This document shows, piece by piece, positions 45,129-54,514 of a DNA stretch of 64,000 nucleotides; the first letter of the stretch is position 1; each line of letters starts with the position of its first letter. Both the position numbers and the translations under genes were made by a program. A model generated the notes under the pieces. That model worked only from the letters and a program-made list of their open reading frames with translations. It had not been told where the DNA came from and searched no databases. Source of the DNA: Thermoplasmata archaeon (GTDB lineage: Archaea > Thermoplasmatota > Thermoplasmata > Lutacidiplasmatales > UBA184); NCBI GenBank assembly GCA_022749995.1, contig JAKIWO010000003.1, positions 9,926-73,925 on the forward strand, in the 5' to 3' direction.

Positions 45129-46502
45129 TCAAGCGTATAAATCGGTTCGGGACCGTCGAGGTAAGCGCATCGCTGGCGTTCGGCCGTCCGCCGTCTCGGG
45201 CGCGCGGGGAGCGAGGTGCCGACGCGCCGAGGGCGTGGGGTGGTAGACCCCGAGGGCGGGAGCCGGCTGGGCCAGCCGGTTCGTCCCCAGCTCGGGAGGG
45301 TACCGAGCCGAGCATCCACCGCACCGGTAGCCCCGCATCTGGCCCAGGCTGCGAAGCCGCTTTCGGCACGAAGGGCACCTACGCGGCGACCGAGCCTGCC
45401 AGCGTGCGACCGCCTCGAGCAGTTCGACTCCCTCCACGCGGAAGGAGGCTCCGGCCCCAAGTCCGCCCCACAGCCGAACACGATCGCCGGCCGCGAGTGT
45501 CCGCAGGAGTGCGGGTAGGGTCTTGGTCGGCTCGAACGCGATGCACTCGAGTGTCCGACCACCGGAGGGCTGCCGCACGACGAATCGCCAATGTCCCCCA
45601 CGCACCGACGTGGCGGGGCCCACGACCTCCCCGGATACCCGGGCTGCGTCGTAGGGCCGGAGCTCCTCCAACGGGAGGTCCCGGAGGTGATCCCCCGTCC
45701 CCTGATTGGTGCGGAAGACGAGCCACCGGTCGACCGACTCGGTCCTCAGCTCGGCCATCGCGTGCGGGAGCCGGCCGGGATCGGTCGCCCGGAGCCCATA
45801 GAGGATGGGGCAGGGAGTGTGCGGGCTCACGAGGACCCGCCGCGTCCGCTCGTCCCGGCACTGGAACAGTTCCGGGTACCGTCGCTCGAGGCGACGTAGG
45901 GAGCGTACGTCCGGGCCGCGCCGCGTACCCTGGGCGAGCGCCGGACGGTAGGCGATCAGCTCCCAGGTGGGATGCGCGCCGGGCCAACTGATGGACGCCG
46001 CCGCACCGACCGCTCCGACGCGTGAGGTCCCGGTGAATAGCCTCGCCCCCTCGCGACGGAGCAAGGATTCGACCCGTACGAGGGAAAGCTGACGGTGGAC
46101 CGCCTCCCAGTACAGGCTCGCGGGCAGCCGTCGCCGATGCGCGACGAGCGCAGGGTCGGTGCCGGCCTCCGGGCGGCTCTCCCGCCGGACCAACTCCCAC
46201 GCCGACTCGAGGAAATCCTCCTCGTCTCGGGGAGGGAGTGGCCGTCCGCGCTGGAACGCATACACAGGGCCGGCGGGGCTCCGCCCGACCAGCCACCGCC
46301 GACCGCTGCCCCGACCGAACCGCGCGCTGAGCGCAGCGTTGCCTCGGGTCTTGCCGGGCGCATTGGGGTTGAGCCGGACGAGGCGGGGGTAACCGATCAG
46401 GTCCACTTCTCGGGCGGCCGCGCTCTCCAGCAGTCGGGTCAGCATATGGGTCGTGCATCCCCCCGCGGGGCTGTCGGTGTCGTCGATGCCGACCCAGGTC
46501 AT
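45129..46502 (-). CDS. tiaS: tRNA(Ile2) 2-agmatinylcytidine synthetase
   Basis: WVGIDDTDS..GGCTT, YPRLVRLNP..KTRGNAA, PHTPCPILYGLR, TNQGTGDH, FEPTK, C-terminal Zn ribbon. Confidence 0.95.
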   Translation of the reverse strand: MTWVGIDDTDSPAGGCTTHMLTRLLESAAAREVDLIGYPRLVRLNPNAPGKTRGNAALSARFGRGSGRRWLVGRSPAGPVYAFQRGRPLPPRDEEDFLESAWELVRRESRPEAGTDPALVAHRRRLPASLYWEAVHRQLSLVRVESLLRREGARLFTGTSRVGAVGAAASISWPGAHPTWELIAYRPALAQGTRRGPDVRSLRRLERRYPELFQCRDERTRRVLVSPHTPCPILYGLRATDPGRLPHAMAELRTESVDRWLVFRTNQGTGDHLRDLPLEELRPYDAARVSGEVVGPATSVRGGHWRFVVRQPSGGRTLECIAFEPTKTLPALLRTLAAGDRVRLWGGLGAGASFRVEGVELLEAVARWQARSPRRCPSCRKRLRSLGQMRGYRCGGCSARYPPELGTNRLAQPAPALGVYHPTPSARRHLAPRAPETADGRTPAMRLPRRSRTDLYA

Positions 46503-47431
46503 GGGGCCGGCGTGTCGTGTGGGCTCGATGCCGGCTCCGCCGCAGTTCGCCGGCGTCGCCGGGCGCGCCGCAGTAGCAGCAGGCAAGCCAAGGCGGCCAC
46601 TCCCACGACGCCCGCGACCAGGAGGAAGGTACCCAGCGGAAAGGAGGGGGCGAAGTGGACGCTGGCCGAGCCGGAACCGCTGGGCTGGAGTTGTCCATCG
46701 AACTTGCCGGGCGCGAACCCCAGCAGGTCGTTCTGCACGGACGTGGAACCAAACCCACTGCTGCCGGTGATGCTGTCACCGGCCGGAGTGGAGAACGAGA
46801 CGTCGAAGTTGAGGAGCGGAGTGATCAGGAGCGGCGGAAGGGTCCAGGAGAGGCCCAAGGTGTGCGAGTTGCCGGAGAGCGAGTAGGTGTACACGGTGAG
46901 GAGGCTCACCTCCACGGGCAGGGTCGACGTGTCGGCGCCGAGCCCGCCGGAGATGCCGATCCCTTGGACGGAGGCGCTCGAGGCCGCCTGGCCATCGATC
47001 GTCAGCTGGAAGGCGACCCCGCCGGTGAGCACCGAGACCGGAAGCAGCCGCGCCTCCTGCTGCACGAGCTGCTCGAAGTCGGTCACCTCGTACGGCTCTA
47101 CCGTGCCGTCGCGGTTGCCGAACAGTCCTGCCGTGAACGGATTGCCCTCGAATCCGGCGATCTCTGCCTCGTAGGTGCTGCGATTGCTCCCCGAGATCGG
47201 GAGCTCGTCCAGGAGGGGCGAGAAGTTGCCGTCCAGCGCGTACCGCAGCGCCGAGCCGTTGGCCAGCTGGACAGTAATGTTCGAAGTCAACGAACCTCCC
47301 GAACTGAGTTGGAGGACCACGGGAGTCGAGGTGGCACTGGCCACTGGCGCGAGCTCGGGAAGGAGCAACCCCAGCGTCACCGCGAGGAGGAGCAGCGCCC
47401 TCGCCCGGCGGTAGTGCACCCCATGCGGCAT
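46499..47431 (-). CDS. Secreted, C-terminally membrane-anchored S/T/G-rich surface protein
   Basis: Signal peptide (RRARALLLLAV...ASA), beta-rich body, TM helix followed by RRARRRRR. Confidence 0.7.
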   Translation of the reverse strand: MPHGVHYRRARALLLLAVTLGLLLPELAPVASATSTPVVLQLSSGGSLTSNITVQLANGSALRYALDGNFSPLLDELPISGSNRSTYEAEIAGFEGNPFTAGLFGNRDGTVEPYEVTDFEQLVQQEARLLPVSVLTGGVAFQLTIDGQAASSASVQGIGISGGLGADTSTLPVEVSLLTVYTYSLSGNSHTLGLSWTLPPLLITPLLNFDVSFSTPAGDSITGSSGFGSTSVQNDLLGFAPGKFDGQLQPSGSGSASVHFAPSFPLGTFLLVAGVVGVAALACLLLLRRARRRRRTAAEPASSPHDTPAP

Positions 47432-47437
47432 GGCGGA

Positions 47438-48310
47438 CTATCCGACCGCGGCGAGCAGCTTCTGGTACGTCTCCCGGTTCGGCTCGAGCTCGATGCCGGT
47501 CACGGCGGGACCGATGCGGTCCGGCAGGAGCTTGAGCTCGAGCGATTCGACCTCGCCGGCGGCGGGGGGGGGCCGGTGCATCACGCCGATTGGGATGCGA
47601 CCGGAGCGGAGCGTCTCGAGGTAGAGCCGGAACATCGTGGCCCGGTCGGTTGCGTCGTAGCCGGGCAGGGTGGAAAGGTCGAGCACCTTCTCGCGCCACT
47701 CCTTGAAGGTGTCGTTGTACGTCACACACGGCGAGAGGTCCTCGATGAAGGCGAACCCTCGGTTGGCGCGGTTGAACTCGAGCGCCTCGACCAGCACCCT
47801 CGTGAGCGTCTTGGGGTCGCCCGAGAAGGTCCGTGCGACAAAGTTCGGCATCTGCTGGGAGAGCGCCGCGAGGATCGCATCGAAGGGGCGCTCGATGTTC
47901 CCCTCGTAGCCGAGCGGAGCGGTCGGGGCGGCTTGCCCCTTGGTGAGCCCGTAGGTCTCGTTCATCATCACGAGGTAGAGGATCGACGCATTCTTCTTGA
48001 ACGCGTGCATGAAGTGGCCCATCCCGATCGCGTAGCCGTCCCCGTCCCCTCCGACGGCGACGACGTTGAGCTTCGGGTTGGCAAGCTTCACGCCGACCGC
48101 CTGCGCGAGCAGCCGACCATGGAGCGCGTGCAGGCCGTTGATCTCGAGGAAGTTGTGGATGCCACCGGAGCAGCCGATGCCCCCGACCAGCACCGCCTCG
48201 TGCGGCGGGATCTTGAGCTCCGCCATCGCGCGCTTGAGCGCGGCCAAGGCACCGAAGTCCCCGCATCCCGGGCACCAGGTCGACGGGATCGGCTTGGCGG
48301 AGTCGACCAT
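47438..48310 (-). CDS. 2-oxoacid:ferredoxin oxidoreductase beta subunit (TPP-binding)
   Basis: WCPGCGDFG, GIGCSG, GGDGDG, NETYGLTKGQ, SPCVTYN. Confidence 0.95.
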   Translation of the reverse strand: MVDSAKPIPSTWCPGCGDFGALAALKRAMAELKIPPHEAVLVGGIGCSGGIHNFLEINGLHALHGRLLAQAVGVKLANPKLNVVAVGGDGDGYAIGMGHFMHAFKKNASILYLVMMNETYGLTKGQAAPTAPLGYEGNIERPFDAILAALSQQMPNFVARTFSGDPKTLTRVLVEALEFNRANRGFAFIEDLSPCVTYNDTFKEWREKVLDLSTLPGYDATDRATMFRLYLETLRSGRIPIGVMHRPPPAAGEVESLELKLLPDRIGPAVTGIELEPNRETYQKLLAAVG

Positions 48311-48311
48311 C

Positions 48312-50102
48312 CTAGCCTCCCTCCACGACGCGGGCGATCTCGGGGGAACGGAACGGAAGCCCGTCGTACTTGACCAGCGAGCGCAGCTTCGCGTGGTATT
48401 GCGGCAGCGCTTCGCGGATCAGGCCCGCGAACTGGCCGACGTAGTTGTGCTCGACGACGTACGCGCGCTCGAGCGGCTCCAGGAACGCGGTGAGTTCGCG
48501 CGCTGGGACCGGGAAGAGCGTCCGCGCTTGGAAGAACCTCGTGCTCTGGCCCTTCGCGAGAAGCCGCTCCTGCGCCTCCCGGATCGGGCCGGTCGTACTC
48601 CCGAAGCCGATGAACCCGACGGTCGCCTTCGGGTCGCCGTAGGTGCGCGAGAGCGGCAGTTCGGGCTCGAGCTGAGTGAGCTTCTCCATGCGTTTGCGCA
48701 TCATCTTGACCCGGTTCACGGGGTTCACCGAGACGTGCCCGTACTCGTCGTGCTCGTTGCCGGTGACCTGGCTCGTGATACCGACCGTTCCCGGCGGGGC
48801 GAACGGCGAGGCGCCGTCGGGGGTGTGTTCGTAGTACTTGTAGGCGGGCCGGGCCGCCACTTCGCCGGGATCGAGTCGCTTGCCCCGGTCGAGATGGACC
48901 TGCGTCAGGTCGAATCCGGGCACGGTCGAGGAGTTCTGGCAGAGCGCTTGGTCGAGCACCAGGATGACCGGCAGCCGCCACTTTTCGGCGATGTTGAGGG
49001 CGTCGACGGTCAGGTAGAAACAGTCGTCCACGGTGCCCGGAGCGATCAGCACCCGGGGGAAGTCGCCATGGCCGATGTGCGCCAGGTGCGCCACGTCGGA
49101 CTGCTCGTGCCGTGTCGGCTCCCCGGTCGAGGGACCGACCCGCTGGCAGTCCGCCACCAGCACCGGCAGCTCGGCCGCTCCGGCGTGGCCGATCCCCTCG
49201 GTCATGAGCGAGAGGCCGGGCCCGCTCGTCGAGGTCATCGCTCGGGCGCCGGCGTACGCGGCCCCGATCACCATGTTGATCGCGGCCAGCTCGTCCTCGG
49301 CCTGCCGGACCACGCCGTGCAAGGAGGGGAGGTACCGCTGGAGATACTCCATGATCTCCGTCGCCGGGGTGATCGGATAGCCCGCGAAGAAACGTCCGCC
49401 GCCCACCACAAACCCCAACGCGACCGCTTGGTTGCCCGTGAGCAGCCGCAGGTCGTGGGCGTCGCCGTCGACGATCGAGTACCGGTGCATCGGCTCGCTC
49501 GCGTCGAGCCCGGCCCGGCGACCGATCTCGAGCGCCTTCAGGTTCTTTTCCAGCGCCTCGCCACCTCGGCGCTTGAACCGCTCCTCGATGACCGTCCGGG
49601 TGAGCACGGGGTCGAACCCCATCATGACGGAGATGACCCCGTACGCGGTGACGTTCTTGTAGATCGGTTGACCGAGCTGGCTACCGGCCATCGTCGCGAA
49701 CGGGAAGCCAAAGGTGTTCGGCAGGTCGGTCTGGAACACCGAGGAGTCGTACAGGACGAACCCGTCCGCCTCGAGTTCCGGACGACCGAACTCAAGCGCT
49801 TCCTTGTCGAAGGCGACGAGCAGGTCGACGGTCGGCTTGAGCGACGCGATCGCGTCGCGAGAGGCGCGCACCGAGGAGTCGGCGTGGCCGCCCCGGATCC
49901 GGGAGAGGACGTTCCGGGATGTGTACACGTACAGGCCTCGCCGGCGGAAGTACCGGGCGAGCAGGTCGCTCACGGTCAGCGTGCCGTCCCCGCCCTGACC
50001 GCCAATGAGGACGGCCAGGTCGGAGAGCTCCTTGATCGGGGCCCCCTGGGCCGGTGCGGCCTCCCGGGCCGTGGTGGGCAACTGCGTTGCGGGGGTCGTC
50101 AT
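48312..50102 (-). CDS. 2-oxoacid:ferredoxin oxidoreductase alpha subunit (gamma-alpha fusion)
   Basis: GGQGGDG, IRGGH, AGYPITPATE, QAEDELAA, TSTSGPGLSL, QRVGPSTG. Confidence 0.95.
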   Translation of the reverse strand: MTTPATQLPTTAREAAPAQGAPIKELSDLAVLIGGQGGDGTLTVSDLLARYFRRRGLYVYTSRNVLSRIRGGHADSSVRASRDAIASLKPTVDLLVAFDKEALEFGRPELEADGFVLYDSSVFQTDLPNTFGFPFATMAGSQLGQPIYKNVTAYGVISVMMGFDPVLTRTVIEERFKRRGGEALEKNLKALEIGRRAGLDASEPMHRYSIVDGDAHDLRLLTGNQAVALGFVVGGGRFFAGYPITPATEIMEYLQRYLPSLHGVVRQAEDELAAINMVIGAAYAGARAMTSTSGPGLSLMTEGIGHAGAAELPVLVADCQRVGPSTGEPTRHEQSDVAHLAHIGHGDFPRVLIAPGTVDDCFYLTVDALNIAEKWRLPVILVLDQALCQNSSTVPGFDLTQVHLDRGKRLDPGEVAARPAYKYYEHTPDGASPFAPPGTVGITSQVTGNEHDEYGHVSVNPVNRVKMMRKRMEKLTQLEPELPLSRTYGDPKATVGFIGFGSTTGPIREAQERLLAKGQSTRFFQARTLFPVPARELTAFLEPLERAYVVEHNYVGQFAGLIREALPQYHAKLRSLVKYDGLPFRSPEIARVVEGG

Positions 50103-50325
50103 CCGAGGTGTTTTCTCGTCGGTGCCCAGATGGGCACCGGCGTGCCGGATTTCATCCCGCGGCCGTATTTAACCGTGGGGCCACGGAAGCTGGAGCGACT
50201 TTGTGCCGCGAGTGCCCCCGCGCTGCCGGCGGGTGCGATTGTGCATCGCCCACCGTCGAGAAACGGGTCGGCGCGACGCCGGCGCGCCAAAGGTTATCAC
50301 CGCTTGCGCGCGTCGCGCGGGCCGA

Positions 50326-51570
50326 ATGAGCGAGCGGCCGCTCGTCGAGTCGTACCACGACCGAACGGCCCCCCAGCGCAGGATTGCTCCGACTGTCACC
50401 TTCTGGGACGAGACGCTCCGCGACGGGGAACAGACACCGGGAGTCTATTTCTCACCGGAAGAGAAGCTCCGGATCGCGGAGAAGCTCTCCGACATCGGCG
50501 TCGGGGTGATCGACGCGGGTATCCCCGTCGTTTCCCCGAAGGAGGCGGCCTCGGTGCGGCTTCTCGCCGGGGCGGGACTTCGCGCCAAGATCCTCGCGTC
50601 CGCCCGGACGGTCCCCGGCGACGTGGAGGCCGTAGTCGATAGCGGCGCGAGCCATCTGGCGGTGTTCATCGCTGCGAGCGAGGTCCATCTGCGGTACAAG
50701 CTGCAGATGAGCCAAGAGGAGGTGCTCGCCTCGGCGGTGCGGAGCGTCCGTCGGGGGAAGGAGGCCGGCCTCCACGTGGCGTTCGTGACCGAGGACACGG
50801 TGCGGGCCCCGTTCGATTTCGTCGAGCGGCTTTACAAGGCCGCTCGGGAAGCCGGCGCGGACCGCCTGGTCATCTCCGATACGGTCGGGATCATGACGCC
50901 GCTCACCTTCCGCTGGTTCCTCGAGGAGTTCCAGCGACGAGTGCAGCCCACCGACTGGTCGGTCCATTGCCACAACGACTTCGGGCTGGCCACGGCCAAC
51001 ACGCTCGCCGCGTTGGAGGCGGGCGTGAACTGTCCCCACGTCTGTGTGAACGGGCTCGGAGAGCGCGCGGGGAACGCCGCGCTCGAAGAGGTCGCGCTCT
51101 GCCTCGAGGCGCTGTACGGCGTGAACACCGGTATCCGCACCGAATCGCTGCACAAGCTCTCCCGGCTCGTGGAGGAACTCTCGGGCATCCCGGTGGCGGC
51201 GAACAAGGCCCTGGTCGGTTACAACGCGTTCTCCCACGAGGCGGGCATTCACACGCACGGCATTCTCCGCCACACGCTCACCTACGAGCCACTGCAGCCG
51301 GAGCGGGTCGGAGCCCAGCGCCAGTTGATCCTCGGCAAGCACACCGGTAAGGCCGCCCTCGTCGAGAAGCTCAAGGAGCGGGGCGTCCAGCTGGAGGAGC
51401 CGGAGCTGGCCGAGCTGCTCCGGCAGATCAAGCAGCGGACCGAGGCCGGCGGCAAGGAGCCGTCCCGGCACCTGCTCGCCGAGTACCGAGAACTCTTCTC
51501 CCATCCCGGCCTATCGGATACGGAGTTCTGGAAGCTCGTGAGCGCGCTACCGGTGGCAGGGGCCCCGTGA
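50326..51570 (+). CDS. DRE-TIM acetyl-CoA condensing enzyme (homocitrate/isopropylmalate/citramalate synthase family, no LeuA regulatory domain)
   Basis: DETLRDGEQTPG, HCHNDFG, GLGERAGN, NAFSHEAGIH, GKHTG; AAAGGTTAT promoter upstream. Confidence 0.9.
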   Translation: MSERPLVESYHDRTAPQRRIAPTVTFWDETLRDGEQTPGVYFSPEEKLRIAEKLSDIGVGVIDAGIPVVSPKEAASVRLLAGAGLRAKILASARTVPGDVEAVVDSGASHLAVFIAASEVHLRYKLQMSQEEVLASAVRSVRRGKEAGLHVAFVTEDTVRAPFDFVERLYKAAREAGADRLVISDTVGIMTPLTFRWFLEEFQRRVQPTDWSVHCHNDFGLATANTLAALEAGVNCPHVCVNGLGERAGNAALEEVALCLEALYGVNTGIRTESLHKLSRLVEELSGIPVAANKALVGYNAFSHEAGIHTHGILRHTLTYEPLQPERVGAQRQLILGKHTGKAALVEKLKERGVQLEEPELAELLRQIKQRTEAGGKEPSRHLLAEYRELFSHPGLSDTEFWKLVSALPVAGAP

Positions 51571-52847
51571 CGGGCAACGGCCACGGCCTCACCCTGGCCG
51601 AGAAGATCCTGGCCCGCGCCTCCGGCCTCGAGCGGGTCGTCCCCGGGCAGATCATCGATGGCCAGGTCGACCTCGCCATGATGCACGAGCAGGGCGCGCA
51701 GACCGTCGGTCCGTTCCACCAGATGGGCGCCACGAAGGTCTGGGACCCGGAGCGAGTGGTGATCGCGATCGACCATTGGGTGCCGGCCTCCACCGAAGGG
51801 GCGGCGATCCTGCACCGGATCCTCCGCCAGTTCGCGGCCGAACAGCACTTGCCCCACTTCTACGATGTCGGTCGGCACGGGATCTGCCACCAGATCCTCG
51901 CCGAGGACGGCTGGGTCGTCCCGGGGGACCTCGCCGTGGGAACCGACTCCCACACCAACATGCTGGGCGCGATGGGCGCGGTCGCCGCGGGGATCGGCCC
52001 GACGGAGATGGCGGCCGTCCTGGCGCTGGGCCGACTCTGGCTCAAAGTGCCTCCCACGGTGCAGGTTCGGGTGCGGGGCACCCTCGGCAAGGGCGTTACG
52101 GCCAAGGATCTCGTCCTCCGGGTGCTCGGGGAGATCAAGACCACCGGCGCGACGTACAAGTCGGTCGAGTTCTCGGGTCCCACGATCGAGCGGCTGTCGA
52201 TGCCCGAGCGGTTCACCATCTGCAACATGACCAGCGAGATGGGGGCGAAGTGCGGCCTCATCGCCCCGGATGCGACGACGAAGGAGTACCTCCGACTGAT
52301 CGCCAAGCATCCGGACCACCCGCTCCAGGCCGACGCCGATGCCCACTACGAGCGGGTGATCGAGGTCGACGTCGACGGCATGCCCCCGATGGTCGCCTGC
52401 CCGTTCTCCCCCGACAACGTCCGACCGCTGCCCGAGGTCGCGCGGGAGCACATCCGGGTCGACCAGGTCTTCCTCGGCTCCTGCACCAACGCGCGGATCG
52501 AGGACCTGCGCGAGGGCGCGGAGGTGCTCCGCGGCCACAAGGTCGCCTCCGGCGTACGGTTCATCGTCTCCCCTGCGTCGACGAAGATCTACCAGCAGGC
52601 GCTCGAGGAGGGACTCATCCAGCTCTACACGGAGGCCGGCGCGGTGTTCACCAACTCGAGCTGTTCGGCCTGCTTCGGGGGCAACATGGGGATCCTCGCA
52701 CCGGACGAGGTGTGCGCTTCCTCCTCCAATCGGAACTTCCCGGGCCGTATGGGCGCCAAGAACGCCCGCATCTACCTGCTCTCACCGGCGGCCACCGTTG
52801 CCAGCGCCATTCGCGGCGAGGTCGCCGACCATCGGGAGCTGAACTAG
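51567..52847 (+). CDS. Homoaconitase / 3-isopropylmalate dehydratase large subunit
   Basis: EKILA, DH, GICHQ, DSHT, FLGSCTNARIEDL, CSACFG, SNRNFPGRMG. Confidence 0.93.
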   Translation: MTGNGHGLTLAEKILARASGLERVVPGQIIDGQVDLAMMHEQGAQTVGPFHQMGATKVWDPERVVIAIDHWVPASTEGAAILHRILRQFAAEQHLPHFYDVGRHGICHQILAEDGWVVPGDLAVGTDSHTNMLGAMGAVAAGIGPTEMAAVLALGRLWLKVPPTVQVRVRGTLGKGVTAKDLVLRVLGEIKTTGATYKSVEFSGPTIERLSMPERFTICNMTSEMGAKCGLIAPDATTKEYLRLIAKHPDHPLQADADAHYERVIEVDVDGMPPMVACPFSPDNVRPLPEVAREHIRVDQVFLGSCTNARIEDLREGAEVLRGHKVASGVRFIVSPASTKIYQQALEEGLIQLYTEAGAVFTNSSCSACFGGNMGILAPDEVCASSSNRNFPGRMGAKNARIYLLSPAATVASAIRGEVADHRELN

Positions 52848-52862
52848 CGGGGCCAGAGCATC

Positions 52863-53384
52863 ATGCGCGATGCGATCGAGGGCCGGGTGTGGACGCTGGG
52901 GGAGGATGTCGACACCGACCAGATCATCAGTGGAAAGTACCTCACCATCATCGACCCCGAGGAGCTCAAGAAGCACGTCCTCGAGATCGCGCTGCCCGAG
53001 TTCGCTGAGGCGGCACGTCCTGGCGACATCCTAATCGCCGGGATCAACTTGGGCTGCGGCTCCAGCCGCGAACACGCCCCGGCCGCGTTGAAGGCGATCG
53101 GCGTGGCAGCGATCGTCGCGGACTCCTTTGCGCGTATCTTCTACCGCAATTCGATCAACTTGGGGCTCCCGGCGATTGAGGCGCAGGGAGTGCGCCAGCT
53201 CTTCGAGGCCGGCGATACGGCGCGTATCTCCCTCTCGGGAGGTACCGTGACGAACGTGCGCACCGGCCGCAGCGTAACTTTCCCGCCGATCCCTGCCCAC
53301 CTGCTCGAATTGCTCGAGGTGGGTGGCCTCGTGGAGAAGGTACGGGCGGAGCTGGCCGCCCGGCCGAGCGCCGCTCCGGCATGA
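52863..53384 (+). CDS. Homoaconitase / 3-isopropylmalate dehydratase small subunit
   Basis: DVDTDQII, NLGCGSSREHA, SFARIFYRNSINLG. Confidence 0.93.
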   Translation: MRDAIEGRVWTLGEDVDTDQIISGKYLTIIDPEELKKHVLEIALPEFAEAARPGDILIAGINLGCGSSREHAPAALKAIGVAAIVADSFARIFYRNSINLGLPAIEAQGVRQLFEAGDTARISLSGGTVTNVRTGRSVTFPPIPAHLLELLEVGGLVEKVRAELAARPSAAPA

Positions 53385-54514
53385 GCGACTCGACGGCCCA
53401 ACTCGTCTTCCTCCCGGGCGATGGCACCGGGCCGGAGGTGGTCCGGGAAGCCCGCAAGGTGCTCGACGCGCTCGGCGAGGGGGACGCGCATCCGTGGTCG
53501 GTGGAGGAGCACCCCGGAGGGGCGATCTACTACCGGGACCACGGCAAGGAGTGGGAGCCGGCCAGCGAGGAGGCAGCCCTCCACGCCGATGCAGTGCTGC
53601 TCGGCGCGGTGGGCTGGCCCGGGATCATGCTGCCCGATGGGAACATCGCCGGTGCGGCACTCGTGCTCGGGCTGCGACGGCGTCTCGACCTGTACGCCAA
53701 CGTCCGGCCGTGCCGCCTCTACCCGGGCGTGCTCCACCGGATCAGTGGAAAGTTCAGCCAGGTCTGGTCTCCCGAGAACGTCGACCTGGTGGTGGTGCGC
53801 GAGAACACGGAGGGGCTCTACACCCCCGTCCACGGTCGGCTGGACCGGGGCGGCTCCACCGACGTCGCCGTCGACACCCGACTCATCACCCGCAAGGGCG
53901 CCGAGCGGGTGATCCGGTACGCCTTCGAGCTCGCGGGTCGGCGCGGCCGGGGAGCCCCAGAGGACAAGGCCCGACGGGTCACCTGCGTCGACAAATCCAA
54001 CGTGCTCGCCGGCTGCCAGTTCTTCCGCGAGACCTACGACCGCATCGCCGCGGAGTACGCGGGCGTGGCCCGGGACTACGCCTACGTCGACGCGTTCACC
54101 CAGTGGGTCGTGCGCAATCCGGAACACTACGACGTGGTCGTCTCCACCAACATGATGGGGGACATCATCAGCGACCTGGCGTCGGTGCTCCAAGGCGGGA
54201 TGGGGTTTGCCGCCGGGGGGAACATTGGAGAGGGACATGCGATGTTCGAGCCCGTGCACGGCAGCGCCCCCAAGCACGCCGGCAAGAACGAGGTGAACCC
54301 GATGGCCACCTTTCTCGCGCTCGAGATGATGCTTCGCTACCTGGGCGACCGTCGCAGCGACAGCCGCTTCACCCGACAAGCCGACCGGCTCGAACGCACC
54401 ATCGCGCGGTTGCTCGCCGACGGTTCGGTCCGCACCTACGACCAAGGCGGCACCGTCCGCACGAGCGAGGCCGGCGACCGTGTGGCGGCGGCCATCCGGG
54501 GGGAGGCGGCGTGA
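53381..54514 (+). CDS. Beta-decarboxylating dehydrogenase (homoisocitrate/IPM/tartrate-D-malate family)
   Basis: PGDGTGPEV, GAVGWP, LYANVRP, RENTEGLY, DKSNV, NMMGDIISD, EPVHGSAP. Confidence 0.92.
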   Translation: MSDSTAQLVFLPGDGTGPEVVREARKVLDALGEGDAHPWSVEEHPGGAIYYRDHGKEWEPASEEAALHADAVLLGAVGWPGIMLPDGNIAGAALVLGLRRRLDLYANVRPCRLYPGVLHRISGKFSQVWSPENVDLVVVRENTEGLYTPVHGRLDRGGSTDVAVDTRLITRKGAERVIRYAFELAGRRGRGAPEDKARRVTCVDKSNVLAGCQFFRETYDRIAAEYAGVARDYAYVDAFTQWVVRNPEHYDVVVSTNMMGDIISDLASVLQGGMGFAAGGNIGEGHAMFEPVHGSAPKHAGKNEVNPMATFLALEMMLRYLGDRRSDSRFTRQADRLERTIARLLADGSVRTYDQGGTVRTSEAGDRVAAAIRGEAA

